A DNA stretch of 64,000 nt from Octopus sinensis. Taxonomy: Eukaryota. Where the stretch lies: contig NC_042997.1 in NCBI RefSeq assembly GCF_006345805.1, forward strand, positions 31,744,001-31,808,000, read 5' to 3'. Under the pieces are notes generated by a model. It was not told where the DNA came from. It saw nothing but the letters and a program-made list of their open reading frames with translations, and made no database searches. This document shows positions 43,170 to 56,362 of the stretch, piece after piece; position 1 is the first letter of the stretch; each line of letters begins with the position of its first letter. Made by a program: the position numbers and the translations under genes.

Positions 43170-43800
43170 CATGCATGTATGGGTATAGGACGTCACCAAC
43201 GGCACAAATAACATGAAATACGCAAACCACGAGAAAAAATGGAACACAGGACGAGTAAACACAGAGAAAAGACTATTCATCAGTTGTCGGCTGCCTATCT
43301 ACTCATTTCGAGCACTGAACGATAATATGAGTCTTCAAAGACAGTTGCTCCAGTAAATTCTAAAATAAGATCTAGGATTTACGGAGGGTCAAAGTTGGGA
43401 ATAAAATGATGACAGTGGAGACATACAAGAAAACCGAACAAAAACAAACAGAACAAGAAGAAAATAGTGAAAGCTGGGAGAAACATTTTTTTTGTTTTTG
43501 AGAAGAGAAAAGATAGTAGAGAGAGAAAAAACACGCCCGTTCTTTTAAATGTCCGTGCAGGAAAAGAAAGATGGACGATGATCATGTGTATGTATGTATG
43601 TATATAATATATATATATATGTCCTGTACTCTATTTTTTCGTTGTTTTAAAAATATGTCCATTTCCTTGGTTTTGTGCTTATGTTTTCGTATCTCATTGT
43701 GTTCAACGTTTTTTGGTGTCCTGTACCCATATATGCATGTATATATACATGTAGAGGTAGGTACGTACATATATGTATGTATATATGCATATATTTTATT
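43170..43800. repeat. Dispersed repeat family E: diverged copy (43170-43570) and an inverted younger copy (43621-43800)
   Basis: The motif gggtataggacgtc/gggtacaggacacc is shared with 18530-18550. Confidence 0.6.
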
Positions 43801-43806
43801 TATTTA

Positions 43807-43888
<82 letters not shown>

Positions 43889-45348
43889 ACCAACAGCAAC
43901 TTACCACGCACATGCACACAGACAGACACTCAAAAACATACACACACAGACGCACACACACACAAACATACACACACACATACACACAAACAAACATGCC
44001 TATTTATACATATCACAGGCCTCTGAGCAGTTCCTGCCAACTAAATTTCACTCGCCACTCAAGAAATATTAGTCAGCACCACAGACATTTTCTGTATCCT
44101 CAACATAACTTATGACTATATATATATATTATGATTATATATATATATGTGAATCGCTGTCATTCTTTGACGTTGTTGAGTTCACAAGTGATTTCATATA
44201 AACAATAGTTCAAGAAACCTTTAACAATAAAGCATTAAAAGCATTTATAGAAAATGTTCACTTATATTAAATAGTTTTGCAATCAACTCTATATTCTTAG
44301 AGTACAAATCTCCATCAAATATGTAGAATATATGTTATATCTATGCACATATTTTTAGATTGTTTTAAAATATCGTCAGTTTTGACGCCGAAGTTATACA
44401 CTTATACACACGCATGCGCACATGCATATGTATGTATATATATGTATATATTCATTTTTGTATATATGTATGTATGTATGTGTATGTATGTCTGTATGCA
44501 AGCATTTTGTATATACATATATATGTGGAAGTGTGTGTGCATGTGTGTGTACGTGTATGTATGTATGTGTGTGTTTGTATATGCGTGTGTGTAATTGTTA
44601 TATGTAATATTATCTCTTTAGATAGATAACATAACCATAGTTTTTCTGAAAGCTGTACATTTTCGTTTTACATCAATATACTTATTTTTCCAAAATCGTC
44701 ACCCTCATCAACTAACAGACAGTTTGAATTCAAATACAATAATCTAATGAGAACCCATGTTTGCGTGCCAATTTGTCGTTCACTTTGTGTTACACAAAAC
44801 TATATTTATTTTGGAATGAAAGATCTGATTATTTATGCTTAGCTTCTTGGAATATAGCCAATCTTTCTGCTAGACGTTATCGAAAAATCTTTAATCTATT
44901 TTACTGATAACATTCAATTGAATGAACATGGTAATTTCAATTGGGATCCGATCTAACTATCGTCATTTTAGACACGCCAAAACTCTAACTATCAATTTTG
45001 GAAATTCTAGCCTGCCAACACTGTCGGTTCAATGCTAGGATCAAAGCGTCATCAGTAAAAACATTAACTCTTAATGTGAAGAGATTTTAAGCTGTCTTTC
45101 GAAATCTATTAGAATGAACACAGTGGTAGTAGAAGCAAAGGCAAGAACAATAGCAAGAATAACATTGATTTCTAATTTGGAACAGAACAATAAATTTAAG
45201 GGCGAATAAAGTTGATTAGTTGTAAGTCTAGTATATAGCTGGTACTTTGCTTATCGATCATTTGAATGTAAGAAAGCAAAATAATTCCTTTCGGTAGGGG
45301 CAAAGATTATGTCAGTCAAGGTGGCATTTCAATTTTCTATATAAAAAT

Positions 45349-45659
45349 ACTGGCACTCCGTCGGTTACGACGAGGAGGGTTCTTGTAGATCTGCTCAACG
45401 GAACAGCCTGCTCGTAAAATTAACGTGCAAGGGGCTCAGCACTCCACAGACACGTGTACGCTTAACACAATTTTCAGACAGATTCAGCGTGACACAGAGC
45501 ATGACAAGGCTGGCCTTTTGAAATACAGGTCCAACTCATTTTTTCCAGCTGATTGGACTGGAGCAACGTGAAATAAAGAGTCTTGCTCAACGACACGAAG
45601 CGTGGCCGGGAATTGAACTCACAAACGAATAGCACTAACCAGTGAGGCACGCGCCTTCA
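45349..45659 (-). mobile_element. Family C-related SINE with a different tail
   Basis: Shares ctggagcaacgtgaaataaag..tcttgctc with 27271-27602; the 3' part differs. Confidence 0.7.
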
Positions 45660-45761
45660 CACTTACTACATACACACACATACACACACACACACGCACA
45701 TATATATACACACACATACACACACACACACGCACATATACATACACATACATATCTATAT

Positions 45762-45927
45762 ATACGATGGGTGTCTTTCAGTTTCCGTCTACCAAATCCT
45801 CTCACAAGGTTTTGGTCAGCCCGAGGCTATAGTAGAAGACATATGCCCAAGATGCCATGCAGTGGGACTGAACTCGGAACCATGTGTTTAGTAAGCAAGC
45901 TACTTACTACATAGCAATTCCTGCGTC
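45762..45927 (-). mobile_element. SINE family A 5' half
   Basis: cagtttccgtctaccaaatcc...tcctgcgtct. Confidence 0.85.
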
Positions 45928-45936
45928 TCCCTCTCT

Positions 45937-45973
<37 letters not shown>

Positions 45974-46016
45974 TAGGGTGATGTAAAATAACTTATCACT
46001 TCAAAAACTTGAAGAT

Positions 46017-46441
46017 AGGCGCAAGAGTGGCTGTGTGGTAAGTAGCTTGCTTACCAACCACATGGTTCCGGGTTCAGTCCCACTGCGTAGCATCTTGGGT
46101 AAGTGTCTTCTGCTATAGCCTCGGGCCAACCAATGCCTTGTGAGTGGATTTTGTAGACGGAAACTGAAAGAAGCCTATCGTATATATGTATATATGTATG
46201 TATGTGTGTGTGTATGTTTGTGTGTATATGTTTGTGTGTTTGTGTTTGTCCTCCTAGCATTGCTTGACAACCGATGCTGGTGTGTTTACGTCCCCGTCAC
46301 TTAGAGGTTCGGCAAAACAGACCGATAGAATAAGTACTGGGCTTACAAAGAATAAGTCCCGGGGTCGATTTGCTCGACTAAAAGCAGTGCTCCAGCATGG
46401 CCGCAGTCAAATGACTGAAACAAGTAAAAGAGTAAAAGAGT
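46017..46441 (+). mobile_element. SINE family A, full length
   Basis: Collinear with 31091-31499; tail (gtaaaaga)2. Confidence 0.92.
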
Positions 46442-46739
46442 ATACCCTCTAATTTTTATTTATTTAGTGCTAAAAGTCAACATGCAAAATTTTTGCACAA
46501 TTGGAGACATTTTAGAGGTTGCTACCATCCACTGAATATTTTGTATATTGTTATTTTTCAGTTTGTATTTATTGTACATATTCTATCTCGTTGCCATCTT
46601 CTACCTGCCCTGACATACAACTGTTTAAGTGATTCAAGGTAAAGTGGATGGAAAAGTGACAAGAACAATTACCAAACAGCAACAAATGACCCTGACGTTG
46701 CATAGCAAATCTCATATGCTGAAGGAATGATTCAATTTG

Positions 46740-47160
46740 CTCAAGCTCAGCTTAATGAACCTCAGCTACATGAAGGAATTGCTCGAGCTAACTCTCATTT
46801 ACATCGATAGTACCCCAAGTCAGGAATCAGCTTTAAAAAACCTGGCGGTTATCACAGAACACGATGGATGGCCAAGCTAGTTTACTGCATTAAAATTTGG
46901 ATGTTTAAATCTCAGTTTGAACTGAGAGAGAGAGAAAAGGACAGAGAGATGTTTGCGGATTTTCAGCTGCGATATACATCAGATCGTGATACCTGGCACC
47001 CATACCCTCAAGCGCCCCTCCCCCCGTTCAGATTTGCATTTTGTGCAAAGTCTGCAGCTCTACAAGCAAAAAGATCACAAAATTGCAAGTGCTGCACTCA
47101 ATAAGTTTTTGAGACATTTGTGGTACCTGAGGAGCTAGTGGAGCTTGCACTTTTTGATTC
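46740..47160 (+). mobile_element. Decayed DNA transposase fragment, tentatively hATm-like
   Basis: FKKPGGYHRTRWMAKLVYCIKIWMF from 46832, then PRSDLHFVQSL...AALNKFLRHLWYL.EELVELALFD across frameshifts. The superfamily label is from memory. Confidence 0.65.
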
Positions 47161-47210
47161 GGTTGTTTCTCATTATATATTATTATCATTATTATTATTA
47201 TTATTATTAT

Positions 47211-47309
47211 TTTTGTTTGGCTTATTCCTGGTAGGATTTATGTGAGTTTTCAACCGTCTTTCAAGTGCTTAGAACCGTCTTGATAATCCTTAGAAGCTGT
47301 GCAAAGGCA
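47211..47309 (-). mobile_element. Extreme 3' end of a probable third RLE-type element
   Basis: The minus strand reads LLRIIKTVLST-stop, resembling the RILRKVLS terminus of these ORFs, followed by a short UTR and a (TAA)n tail. Confidence 0.4.
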
Positions 47310-47330
47310 ATGATGATGATGATGATGATG

Positions 47331-47414
<84 letters not shown>

Positions 47415-47420
47415 ATAAAT

Positions 47421-49113
47421 GCGGATATAAATGTTACGGCAAAACGATCAGCCACCTTTTATATATGGATGACCTAAAACTATACGCTGCAAATGACAAA
47501 CAGCTGGAAACACTATTAAAGACAGTTCATGGATTTACCAAAGAATAGATATGAAATTTCGATTAGAAAAATGCGCAAAGTAACCATAAAGAGGAAAAAG
47601 AGGAAAACTAGTTAAGAGTAACAAATCACACTAGATAAAACCAATGAAATAAAAGAATTAGACCAAAGCCAACTTACAAATACTTAGGAATCCATGAACT
47701 AGATAAGACACAACACACACAAATGAAAGAGAAAATAAAAAAAGAATATTATAGACGAGTTAGATCAATACTAAAAACAGAGCTCAATGCTAAAAACAAG
47801 ATAATAGGTATCAACACTTTAGCTGTCCCAGTTATAAGTTACAGCTACAATATCCTTAACTGGACACGAAATGACTGTCCAAAATAGATAGGAAAACAAG
47901 AAAAATACTGACAGGATCTAGGATGCATCACCCAAAATCTGACATAGAAAGACTATATTACAACGTATAGAAGGTGGTATAGGCCTTATACAGCTGGAAA
48001 ACTACTATAAAATAACCACCATAGGATTGCAAAAATACCTACTTCAGAAGGAAGGAAAACTGATCCAGATAGCAGCAAAACACGAGCAAAACAAAAACTG
48101 TTCTCAGTATTTAAGGAAGCTGACAAATACAAACAAAAATCATACCACCTAATAAACACAAAGAAGAAGAAGAAGAAGATGAAGAAACAACAAAAGCTAT
48201 AAAACAAATGAAATCCAAACTAAAAATAGAACAGCAACGAACCATGATAAAACGATGGCAAGAAAAGCCCCTTCATGGTAAATACTGCACTAAACTAAAC
48301 GCAAAAGAAATAGACAAAGAAAAATCCCAGCAATGGTTGAGAAGCTCAGGACTCAAAGCAGAAACAGAGGGATTTTTAATTGCAGCACAAGACCAAAGCC
48401 TCCCCACCAGAAATTACCAAAAACATGTAATGAAAAGAAATATTACAAGTAACTGCAGAATATGTGGAGATGGACAAGAAACAATAAATCATATTATCTC
48501 CAGCTGCCCAGTCCTGGCTAAGAAGGAATATATTCACAGACATGACAGAGTTGGAACCTACATACATTGGAAGCTATGCCAACATTATGGAATAACAACA
48601 GAAAAAAGATGGTATAGGCACACACCAGAAAAGGTCACAGAAAACGAGAAAGCAACCATACTCTGGGATATGCCGATACACACAGATAGAGAAATTAAGG
48701 CCAACAGACCAGATATAGTTGTCAGAGATCATGAAGAAAAAAGATGCTTTCTAATTGATGTATCAATACCGGCAGATGACAACGTGTCTCTAAAAGAAAT
48801 GGAGAAACTCTCAAAATACAAAGACCTGGAAATAGAGATAACTAGAATGTGGAACCTGAAAACAGAAACAATTCCTATCATAGTAGTGCATTAGGCATGA
48901 TAAAAAATATTCAGACAAATACATAACAAAAACACCAAGACTTACAAACACATATAACATACAGAAAATTGCACTACTAGGCACTGCACACATCCTACGC
49001 AGAAAACACTTTCCATACAAACCATCAGAGCATCCCAACAAATCACAGCAATACCCAAGCACACAGAGCTGCGCTCGGTAGTGAAGTGAAAGCACTATAA
49101 AAATAAAATACTG
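47421..49113 (+). mobile_element. 5'-truncated, frameshifted R4/Dong-clade (RLE) non-LTR retrotransposon inserted in (TAA)n
   Basis: RT motif HLLYMDDLKLY (YMDD at 47462-47473), CCHC knuckle CRICGDGQETINHIISSC, RLE motifs RPDIVV...LIDVSIP...EKLSKYKDL, and a C-terminal GTAHILR. (TAA)n flanks both sides. Confidence 0.92.
48208..48894 (+). pseudogene. Longest intact stretch (228 aa) of the R4/Dong-type ORF: zinc knuckle plus restriction-like endonuclease
   Basis: ORF track protein with ETEGFLIAAQDQSLPTRNY, CxxC...HxxxxC and PD-(D/E)xK endonuclease motifs. The reading frame is broken upstream and downstream. Confidence 0.9.
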
Positions 49114-49160
49114 AATAATAATAATAATAATAATCGTTTATTATTATTATTATTTATATA

Positions 49161-49503
49161 TTATTCTATGTTGACTTTTGCTTTATATTTGTACAAGTTG
49201 GCTCCAAGTCTCACCCAGAGACCTCAAGAGACAACAGGGTTGGAAGTCATGTTGTTGTTTGCCTAGTGTGCCATATATTATGAGGGGATGTTGCTACTAA
49301 TGATGTCTAAAAAAATTTTGTTTTTTTTTTTTTTTTAAAACCAATATGGTTGTTTAAACCTTGAGGTAATAGAGAGTATTTTGCGTAGGATAAAGTAGTT
49401 CCCATGAGCACTATCTTTTGAACTTCTGCATTTTGGGGTTTCCTGGTATCTTATTTAGGTAGCATCACCCCTTTTGCTATCATCCCAGGGCACCTATTAT
49501 GAC
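49161..49503 (-). mobile_element. 3' fragment of a second R4/Dong-type element
   Basis: The minus strand with frameshifts gives VIIGALG...YLNKIPGNPKM.EVQKIVLMGT..ILRKILS, then a 3' UTR ending in TAA repeats. Confidence 0.75.
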
Positions 49504-50154
49504 AACTTATTATATTATTATTATTATGATTATTATTATTATTATTATTATTATTATTGTTGTTGTCGTCGTCGTCGTGTTGTTGTTGGGGTGGTGGTGG
49601 GTTGTTGTTGTTGTGTTGTTGTTGTTGTTGTTTGTGTGCGGAAGGAAAGCAGTGTCTGGTTTATATTCACAAACTTCAGAAAGATGTTCTTGAGCTGAGT
49701 GTCATGTGTGTATATTGCCAAGTGTTTATATTTTATGCCTGCATTTATGCAGGCATAAAATGGGTACATTGTTCGCTTATATGTAGTTAGGTGATTTCCT
49801 ATTATCAGCTCATATTTAATAAACCTGGCGTACTCTAGAATCCATTGCGATGTACCGTTAAGAGCAATACCCAACTTATTTATTTGGACAAAAAGAGGTA
49901 GCGCGGTCTAAACAATAGTCTGTATATATTTGTGTAATAGTTTATGTAATAGTTGAGATGTTTGCAGTATCATTCGCCGTATTTTATGGTGTTTTGTCGT
50001 CGATAGTGGTTGTGGTAGCGGTAGAGAAATATTTATAGAATGTTCATGTAATGATTTTCAGTTTCAGACGATATGATTCATAAAAACGATAAATTACTGA
50101 AAGACTCCATTGTATGACCATACATTTAACGACAAATCAATGAGTTTGTTTTAA

Positions 50155-50199
<45 letters not shown>

Positions 50200-50820
50200 A
50201 GAGCAATTACTATGAGAGAAAAACCTTCTCTACTGAAAGAAGTACAGTTGATGAGAAACGCATCAACATCCTGTTAAATACGCCACTATTTAAAATGTTC
50301 GCCGACATATTGCTCCACCATGTCTAATTTCTCGCTCTATAATATTTCCGTTAGAGATTTTTTTTACGTATATGTCTATAAGCATTTTGAATAGATTGTA
50401 GAAAACATCACTACAGACACGTAATGTCTAATCATAATTGAATATCATATACGATAAAAATAAATTGAATAAATATGAGACGCGAAATTGATTATAATGA
50501 ATTCATAAACATTCTGAAATATCATATTAACCGTGTTCCATGAATTACATCCAACACGCAAAATTAACCACTCACCCGCATACACGGCCACCGACTTTTA
50601 CATAAGATGTTTGTATATCATTTTTAAATGTGATTTGTTAATTGTTTTATGGGCGTAAGCAAACGCTCACATATACATATGATAAGGTTACGTATGTAGT
50701 AAAATGATTTGAAAATCGTGTAACTGAGACTATCCCTATAATTATATAACAAAACATCTATGTAGAGATGAGATCTTTAAAATCTGAAAACAATAAGAAA
50801 TAATTCAAATAATATTAGTT

Positions 50821-51021
50821 TACTCTTTTTTACTCTTTTACTCTTTTACTTGTTTCAGTCATTTGACTGCGGCCATGCTGGAGCACCGCCTTTAGTCGAG
50901 CAAATCGACCCCGGGACTTATTCTTTTGTAAGCCCAGTACTTATTCTATCGGTCTGTTTTGCCGAACCTCTAAGTGTCGGGGACGTAAACACACCAGCAT
51001 CGGTTGTCAAGCAATGCTAGC
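50821..51021 (-). mobile_element. SINE family A 3' half with (ttttactc)n tail
   Basis: Near identical to the 3' half of 28173-28588. Confidence 0.88.
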
Positions 51022-51529
51022 CACATTTTGCAAAAAAAAAAAAAAGAAAGAAAAATAAATGTAGATTGCAGAAGACTGTAGAAAGTAGCAAAAGCAACGT
51101 AGAAAGCAGTAAACATGCTTCGATCTTTTAGATCTCATCAGCGAAACATATCCTCCCTAACTGGCAAAGCTTAGAAGAGACAATTATATACAGAAATGAA
51201 GAGATAGTAGTGACGCTGATTATCAATGTTAATTAGAACGGAAATAGTTTAGATCAGCGTTCTGCCTGGTGCATACGTATGCGCAATAAAGTCTCATCTA
51301 TAATATAGTGAGATAGAAATTTCGAGAACCTGCCTGAAATTATTCTTGAAATTATTGTTAGAATATTGTTAGAATATTGCCTGAAATTATTGTTAGACAA
51401 CATTCTCTGTAAGGGTGATTTAGTGTACCCCTCTACAGCTTTCTCTCTCTCACACACACACACACACACATGTACATATGTATATATGTATGTATGTATA
51501 CACACACATACACACACACATATATATAG

Positions 51530-51750
51530 TTGAAATTTACAGAAACACGAAAGACGAAGACAGGTGTATAAACGACAAGCTGGTATAATTGTTTGACGCT
51601 CAGGAAGGTGAGAAAGTCATTTACGTTTCGAGCCAACGCTTTTCAACAGAGAGGAACACGGGAAATATACAGAGAGAAAATAAATACAAAAAACTTTTGG
51701 AGTTAGCGGTCAATCCTGGCGACTGGCTGGACAAAGGTAGTTAGTCAGGA
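51530..51750 (-). repeat. Repeat fragment with a degenerate minimal hammerhead-like motif (Penelope pLTR-like)
   Basis: Minus strand 51649-51622 reads CUGUUGA-A-AAGC GUUG GCUC-GAAA-CG-U-A. Stem I is not intact. Confidence 0.35.
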
Positions 51751-52639
51751 GAGCTAGGAAGAAGGGGAGATAATAAAGTATTTGTGATCCCGAAACGAAG
51801 GTGCGCGTGCGTTTATGTGAGAGTGTATGTGTGCGTGTGGATAGGGGCTGGTGACTTTGACGTGTGGATGTGTGGATGATGGTGTGGGTGCTGGGAAGTG
51901 GTCAGCGCTAGTGTGTGCGGGGTGGTGTGATATGGTGTGGCGTAGCGGCGTTGGGGTGTGGGGAAGTGAGGGGTGTTGGGGTGAGGATGAGGGGGTAGGG
52001 GTATGTGGGAGTGGTATGTGTGGATATATACATACACACACACACACACATATATGTATGTATGTGTGTGTATGTATGTATATATATGTATATATAAATT
52101 TGCTGAAGTGATCCCCCTTTGCAATCACAAATTCTCTTCCACGTTTTTGAACGTGTATAGAAATAAAAATAGATGTAGTAAAAAAAAATGATGTTTTGCT
52201 TTACATGGATTTGAAACCGCGTATTTAGTTTTATTAGTAATAGTCAACGGTCATTTTTTTTTCTAAGTATTAAAGTAGGCTTCGGTATGATAAGATTATC
52301 CTGGTCTTGTACATGTGTCCTATTCCTCTTTTCATCATGACGAGGGGGCCATCGCCGTGATATGCATCAATTGCTATTTAACTATGGTGATGTGCTCCTG
52401 AAAGGGTCATAGATGATGTGTTCAATTTAATTGGTGAATCCTTATTCTTGAATTGTTATTTTCTGTGGACGTATATTTTTTATTAGAAAGAAAATTTATT
52501 CATAGATTATTACTTTTTGGTGTGAGTGAAGAGTGAAGTAAATATAACTTTATTTGTTTACCCGCTTTCTCAACTTTTTCAGCATGTCATAGTTTTTTGC
52601 ACGGTGAGCTAACCATCCTGTCTGATAGCCGTCTCGTTT

Positions 52640-52800
52640 TGATTTAAAATTTTGGCGTTAGGCCAGCAATTCTTTGGAGTAAGTCGATTATATCGACGCC
52701 AGTACTATACTGGTACTTCTTTTATCACCCCGAAAGGATGAAAGGATAAGTCAACCTCGGCGGAATTTGAACGTGTATAAAGAGTCGTAATTCCGCTAAG
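52640..52800 (-). mobile_element. Family B2 SINE, diverged
   Basis: ggccagcaatt...cccgaaaggatgaaagg...cctcggcggaatttgaac. Confidence 0.65.
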
Positions 52801-53038
52801 CTTTTTGCCCTATAAGCTTGCTCCCTTGTATTAGCATATAAATATTAATATGCATATGTGGCTACGTACATACATGCGCAAACATGCGCATGCATACATT
52901 TATTTCTACATGCATCTATATGAAATTGCATGTCTAACTAGACAGTCAGACACAAAGATAAACAGACAGACAATAGACAGAAAGACAGACGGAACGATAA
53001 ATAGGTAGATAGTTAGATAGATAGATAGATAGATAGGC

Positions 53039-53100
<62 letters not shown>

Positions 53101-53497
53101 TAGATAGATAGAAAACTGGATGCATAGATAACGATAAAATTTATTTCAGGATTAAAACGCGGATAGAAATTATTTTAAAAACTTGGCCTAAGAAATTGTA
53201 ATGAAACTTTAGATTATATATCTCATGTATAATTTAATATTCAAATTGGTATTTTGTTGTTACTGGTGTAGTAATAGTAAGAGTATTTAAAGGAATGGTG
53301 TACCGAGCATCAGTAGTAGAAATGGTGGTGGTGGTGATGGTCGTCGTCGTCGTGACTTGCTTGTGATGAGGCCGAAGACGTTGGTATTTCAAGAATCGTG
53401 TCTTTGGTGACAATCTAGTCTGCTTTCTCGTATATTATAACTATTAAATAAGGGTGATAGAGAGCAGATGGTTTTGAACGATATATGCATACAAACA

Positions 53498-53538
<41 letters not shown>

Positions 53539-54009
53539 TCATATTATCTATATATAATATATATATTATATATATATATATATATAATATATACATACAT
53601 ATATAATAATATATATATATATATGTGTATATATGTATTTATGTATATATATATATGTATATATGTATTTATGTATATATATATACTTATATATATATAC
53701 TTATATATATACATATATATGAATACACGTACATTTAATGTTTATTCATGTCTTTGTATTTATATGCATATATATGCACATTGCATGTGCATGTCTCATT
53801 TTGCATATTTTAATCAGTATACATATTTACGTAATCCTATTTAAATTAGGGATAAACATTTTAAATTCTCCAAAAAGGAATCACATTTAGGTGTATCTGT
53901 ATACATTTGCGGACGAATATATTTCCTAATACACACATACTTCGTTTATAAATACATTTTCACGTGCATCAGTAACTTCTAGAATATATTATAACGAAGT
54001 GATAGAGAG

Positions 54010-54109
54010 NNNNNNNNNNNNNNNNNNNNNNNNNNNNNNNNNNNNNNNNNNNNNNNNNNNNNNNNNNNNNNNNNNNNNNNNNNNNNNNNNNNNNNNNNNN
54101 NNNNNNNNN
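54010..54109. other. Assembly gap (100 N)
   Basis: Run of exactly 100 N. Confidence 0.99.
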
Positions 54110-54139
54110 AAGTTTCTGCCCGTCCACTTGCTTAAGTTA

Positions 54140-54345
54140 TAGAGATATATTGGTTTTAAATTTCGGCACAAGGTCAGCAAGTTCATTGAAGGTGCAAGTC
54201 GATTACATCGACCCAAATACTCAGCTGGTTTTTATCGAACCCTAAATGATGAAAGGTGATGTCGACCTCGGTAGAATTTGAACTCAGAACGTAAAGACGG
54301 CCAAAAGCTGATATGCATCTTACCTAGCTTGCTAACGATTCTTTT
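54140..54345 (-). mobile_element. Family B2 SINE, diverged
   Basis: ggcacaaggtcagcaag...gtcgacctcggtagaatttgaactcagaacgtaaagacgg. Confidence 0.7.
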
Positions 54346-54389
54346 CTAATCTAATTGTGATATAAAGGATGATTCTAATGTCCTGACCA

Positions 54390-55960
54390 TTAGAGGAACA
54401 TAGAGCTGAACAGACCATCATCTAGTGCGTGGAAAAAGAAATTTTTCGATAATGCCTCAAGTCGATAGAATGGTCCTAAGTTACCGAAAAAGTTAAATGT
54501 TGCAAATTTCAAATAACCAAATAACGTGCAAAGATTCCAAGATACTATAGAAAGTATCAATCTTTCTATAGTATCAATCAAACAGACAATGGGAAGATTT
54601 CAAAACAAAAGTATTTCAGGCTCCAAGTTCTTCAGAGGGATTTAAATCGCTTAAGTCCAATGACTGGTTTTCATACAAATCACCAGAAATTCATGATCTA
54701 CTTTTAGAAAAACAATACTTAGGCAATACACTTTTTTCTCAGCCCTTGAACCCCAACTCAAACGAAGCTTACTGCTCTTAGGAAAATTAACAGGAATGGT
54801 TGAATGATAGAGTAAAAAGGGGCGCAAGAAGCAGCTGATAGAAATGATGCCAAGGGTTTGAACTCGTATGTTTTGGAGGTATATGGCCCAAAATCTTCTT
54901 CAATAGCTCCAGTGAGAACAGCAAATGGATATTTGCTTCTGACTGATACCGCTTCTATTCATATGTGCTGGGTAGAACTTTTTTCTGCACTTTTAAATAG
55001 ACCATCATCCGCTGACATGAGGACGATAGAAAAAAATTGAACACGTTCCAGTTATAGAGGAAATGGCATTTGAACCAACTCTAAATGACATTTATTTAGC
55101 TGTGAATAAGTCTCCAGGGTCTGATGGAATCTATGTAGAGGTCTTGAAATATGGGGGTGACAAAATGTTTGAACTCTTAAATATATTAATTTGTCACTAT
55201 TGGAGGACTGAAAATCAAAAACTCGATTGATGCCATCTTAGTTTCCTTGTATAAATCGGGGCCAAAGGAGCTGTGTGGTATTTTCGTGGGAGTTCGATTT
55301 TGTTTGTAGTTGGAAAAGTACTTGCCCGCATTCTGTTAGTTTAAATATCTTTATAGTCCCAAATATTGTGTCTGAGTCTCAATGTGGTTTTTGCTCCTCC
55401 AGGGGCACAGTTGATTGTATCTTTAGTATCAAACAATTTCAGGAAAAGTGTATTGAACAAAATTTTGCTTTATACCATTGCTTTGTTGATATAAGCAAGG
55501 CATTCGATATTGTTAATCAAAGTGCTCTGTGGCTAATTCTATGGAAAATAGGTTGCCCAGAAAAAATTGCGATCATGATCAAGGTTTTGCATCAAGATAT
55601 GAAGGCTAGAGTTAATTTTAGTGGCAGGTTCTCTGAATCTTTTCTCATGGAAAATGGAGTAAAGCAAGGACTTTGATGCATCCACCCTCTTTGCTATATA
55701 CTTTGCTGCTGTGCTGTCATACACTTTTCAAAACTCCGAGGAGGGTATTAACATAAAATATCGAACAACAGGGCGTGTTTTTAATCTGACCAAACTGAAA
55801 TTCAAAACAAAGGGTTTTTTTCTTCACTCATTACGGAACTCTTACAAGCTGACGATTGCGATCTAGTCAGTCATTCTGAAACGTGCCTGCCGTCTATTGT
55901 ATTTGCTTTTGACACAGTTTGTAATGATTCGGTCTTGAACATCAGCTTGAAGAAAACAGT
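54390..55960 (+). mobile_element. Decayed RTE-clade LINE (end of APE domain, linker and RT)
   Basis: Motifs across frameshifts include DH.LVR, PKKLNV, VYGPKSSSIAPVRTANG.LLLTD, NKSPGSDGI, ESQCGF...RGTVDCIF, FVDISKAFD and GVKQG. The YADD motif is degraded to QADD at 55845-55856. Confidence 0.88.
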
Positions 55961-56255
55961 TTCAACCTGCATCTTTAAGGGAAGTTACTTGAGTTTGTTG
56001 ACTCTTTCATTGATCTTGGAAGCTCTGTAGAAAATGATGGAACACAAAGATACATCTGTGTATTCAAAGGGCAGCACAAGCATTTGGTGGTTTGGAGTCA
56101 CACACATATAAATCTATATAGAGAGTGAAAGACGTGTATGTGTGTGTGCATACATGCATGCATACATACATGCATACATACATACATACATGCATACATT
56201 CATACATAGTCTCAAACACACACACACACGCACATATACAGATACGATAGGCTCC

Positions 56256-56362
56256 ATTCAATTCGTCTAACAAAGCCACTCTAAAGGCTTTGGCGTCCAC
56301 GCAATGGGACTGAATCCAGGACCATCTGGTTGAAAAGCAACCCTCTTACCACACAGCCATGC
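56256..56362 (-). mobile_element. SINE family A diverged 5' fragment
   Basis: cgcaatgggactgaatccaggaccatctggttg...accacacagccatgc. Confidence 0.6.

Noticed and set aside
43270-43350. CUGAUGA and GAAA close together on the minus strand
   Set aside because: The order is GAAA before CUGAUGA, and the stems needed for a type II or III fold do not pair.
54010-54109. ORF 53989-54216 spanning the N run
   Set aside because: Artefact of the assembly gap.
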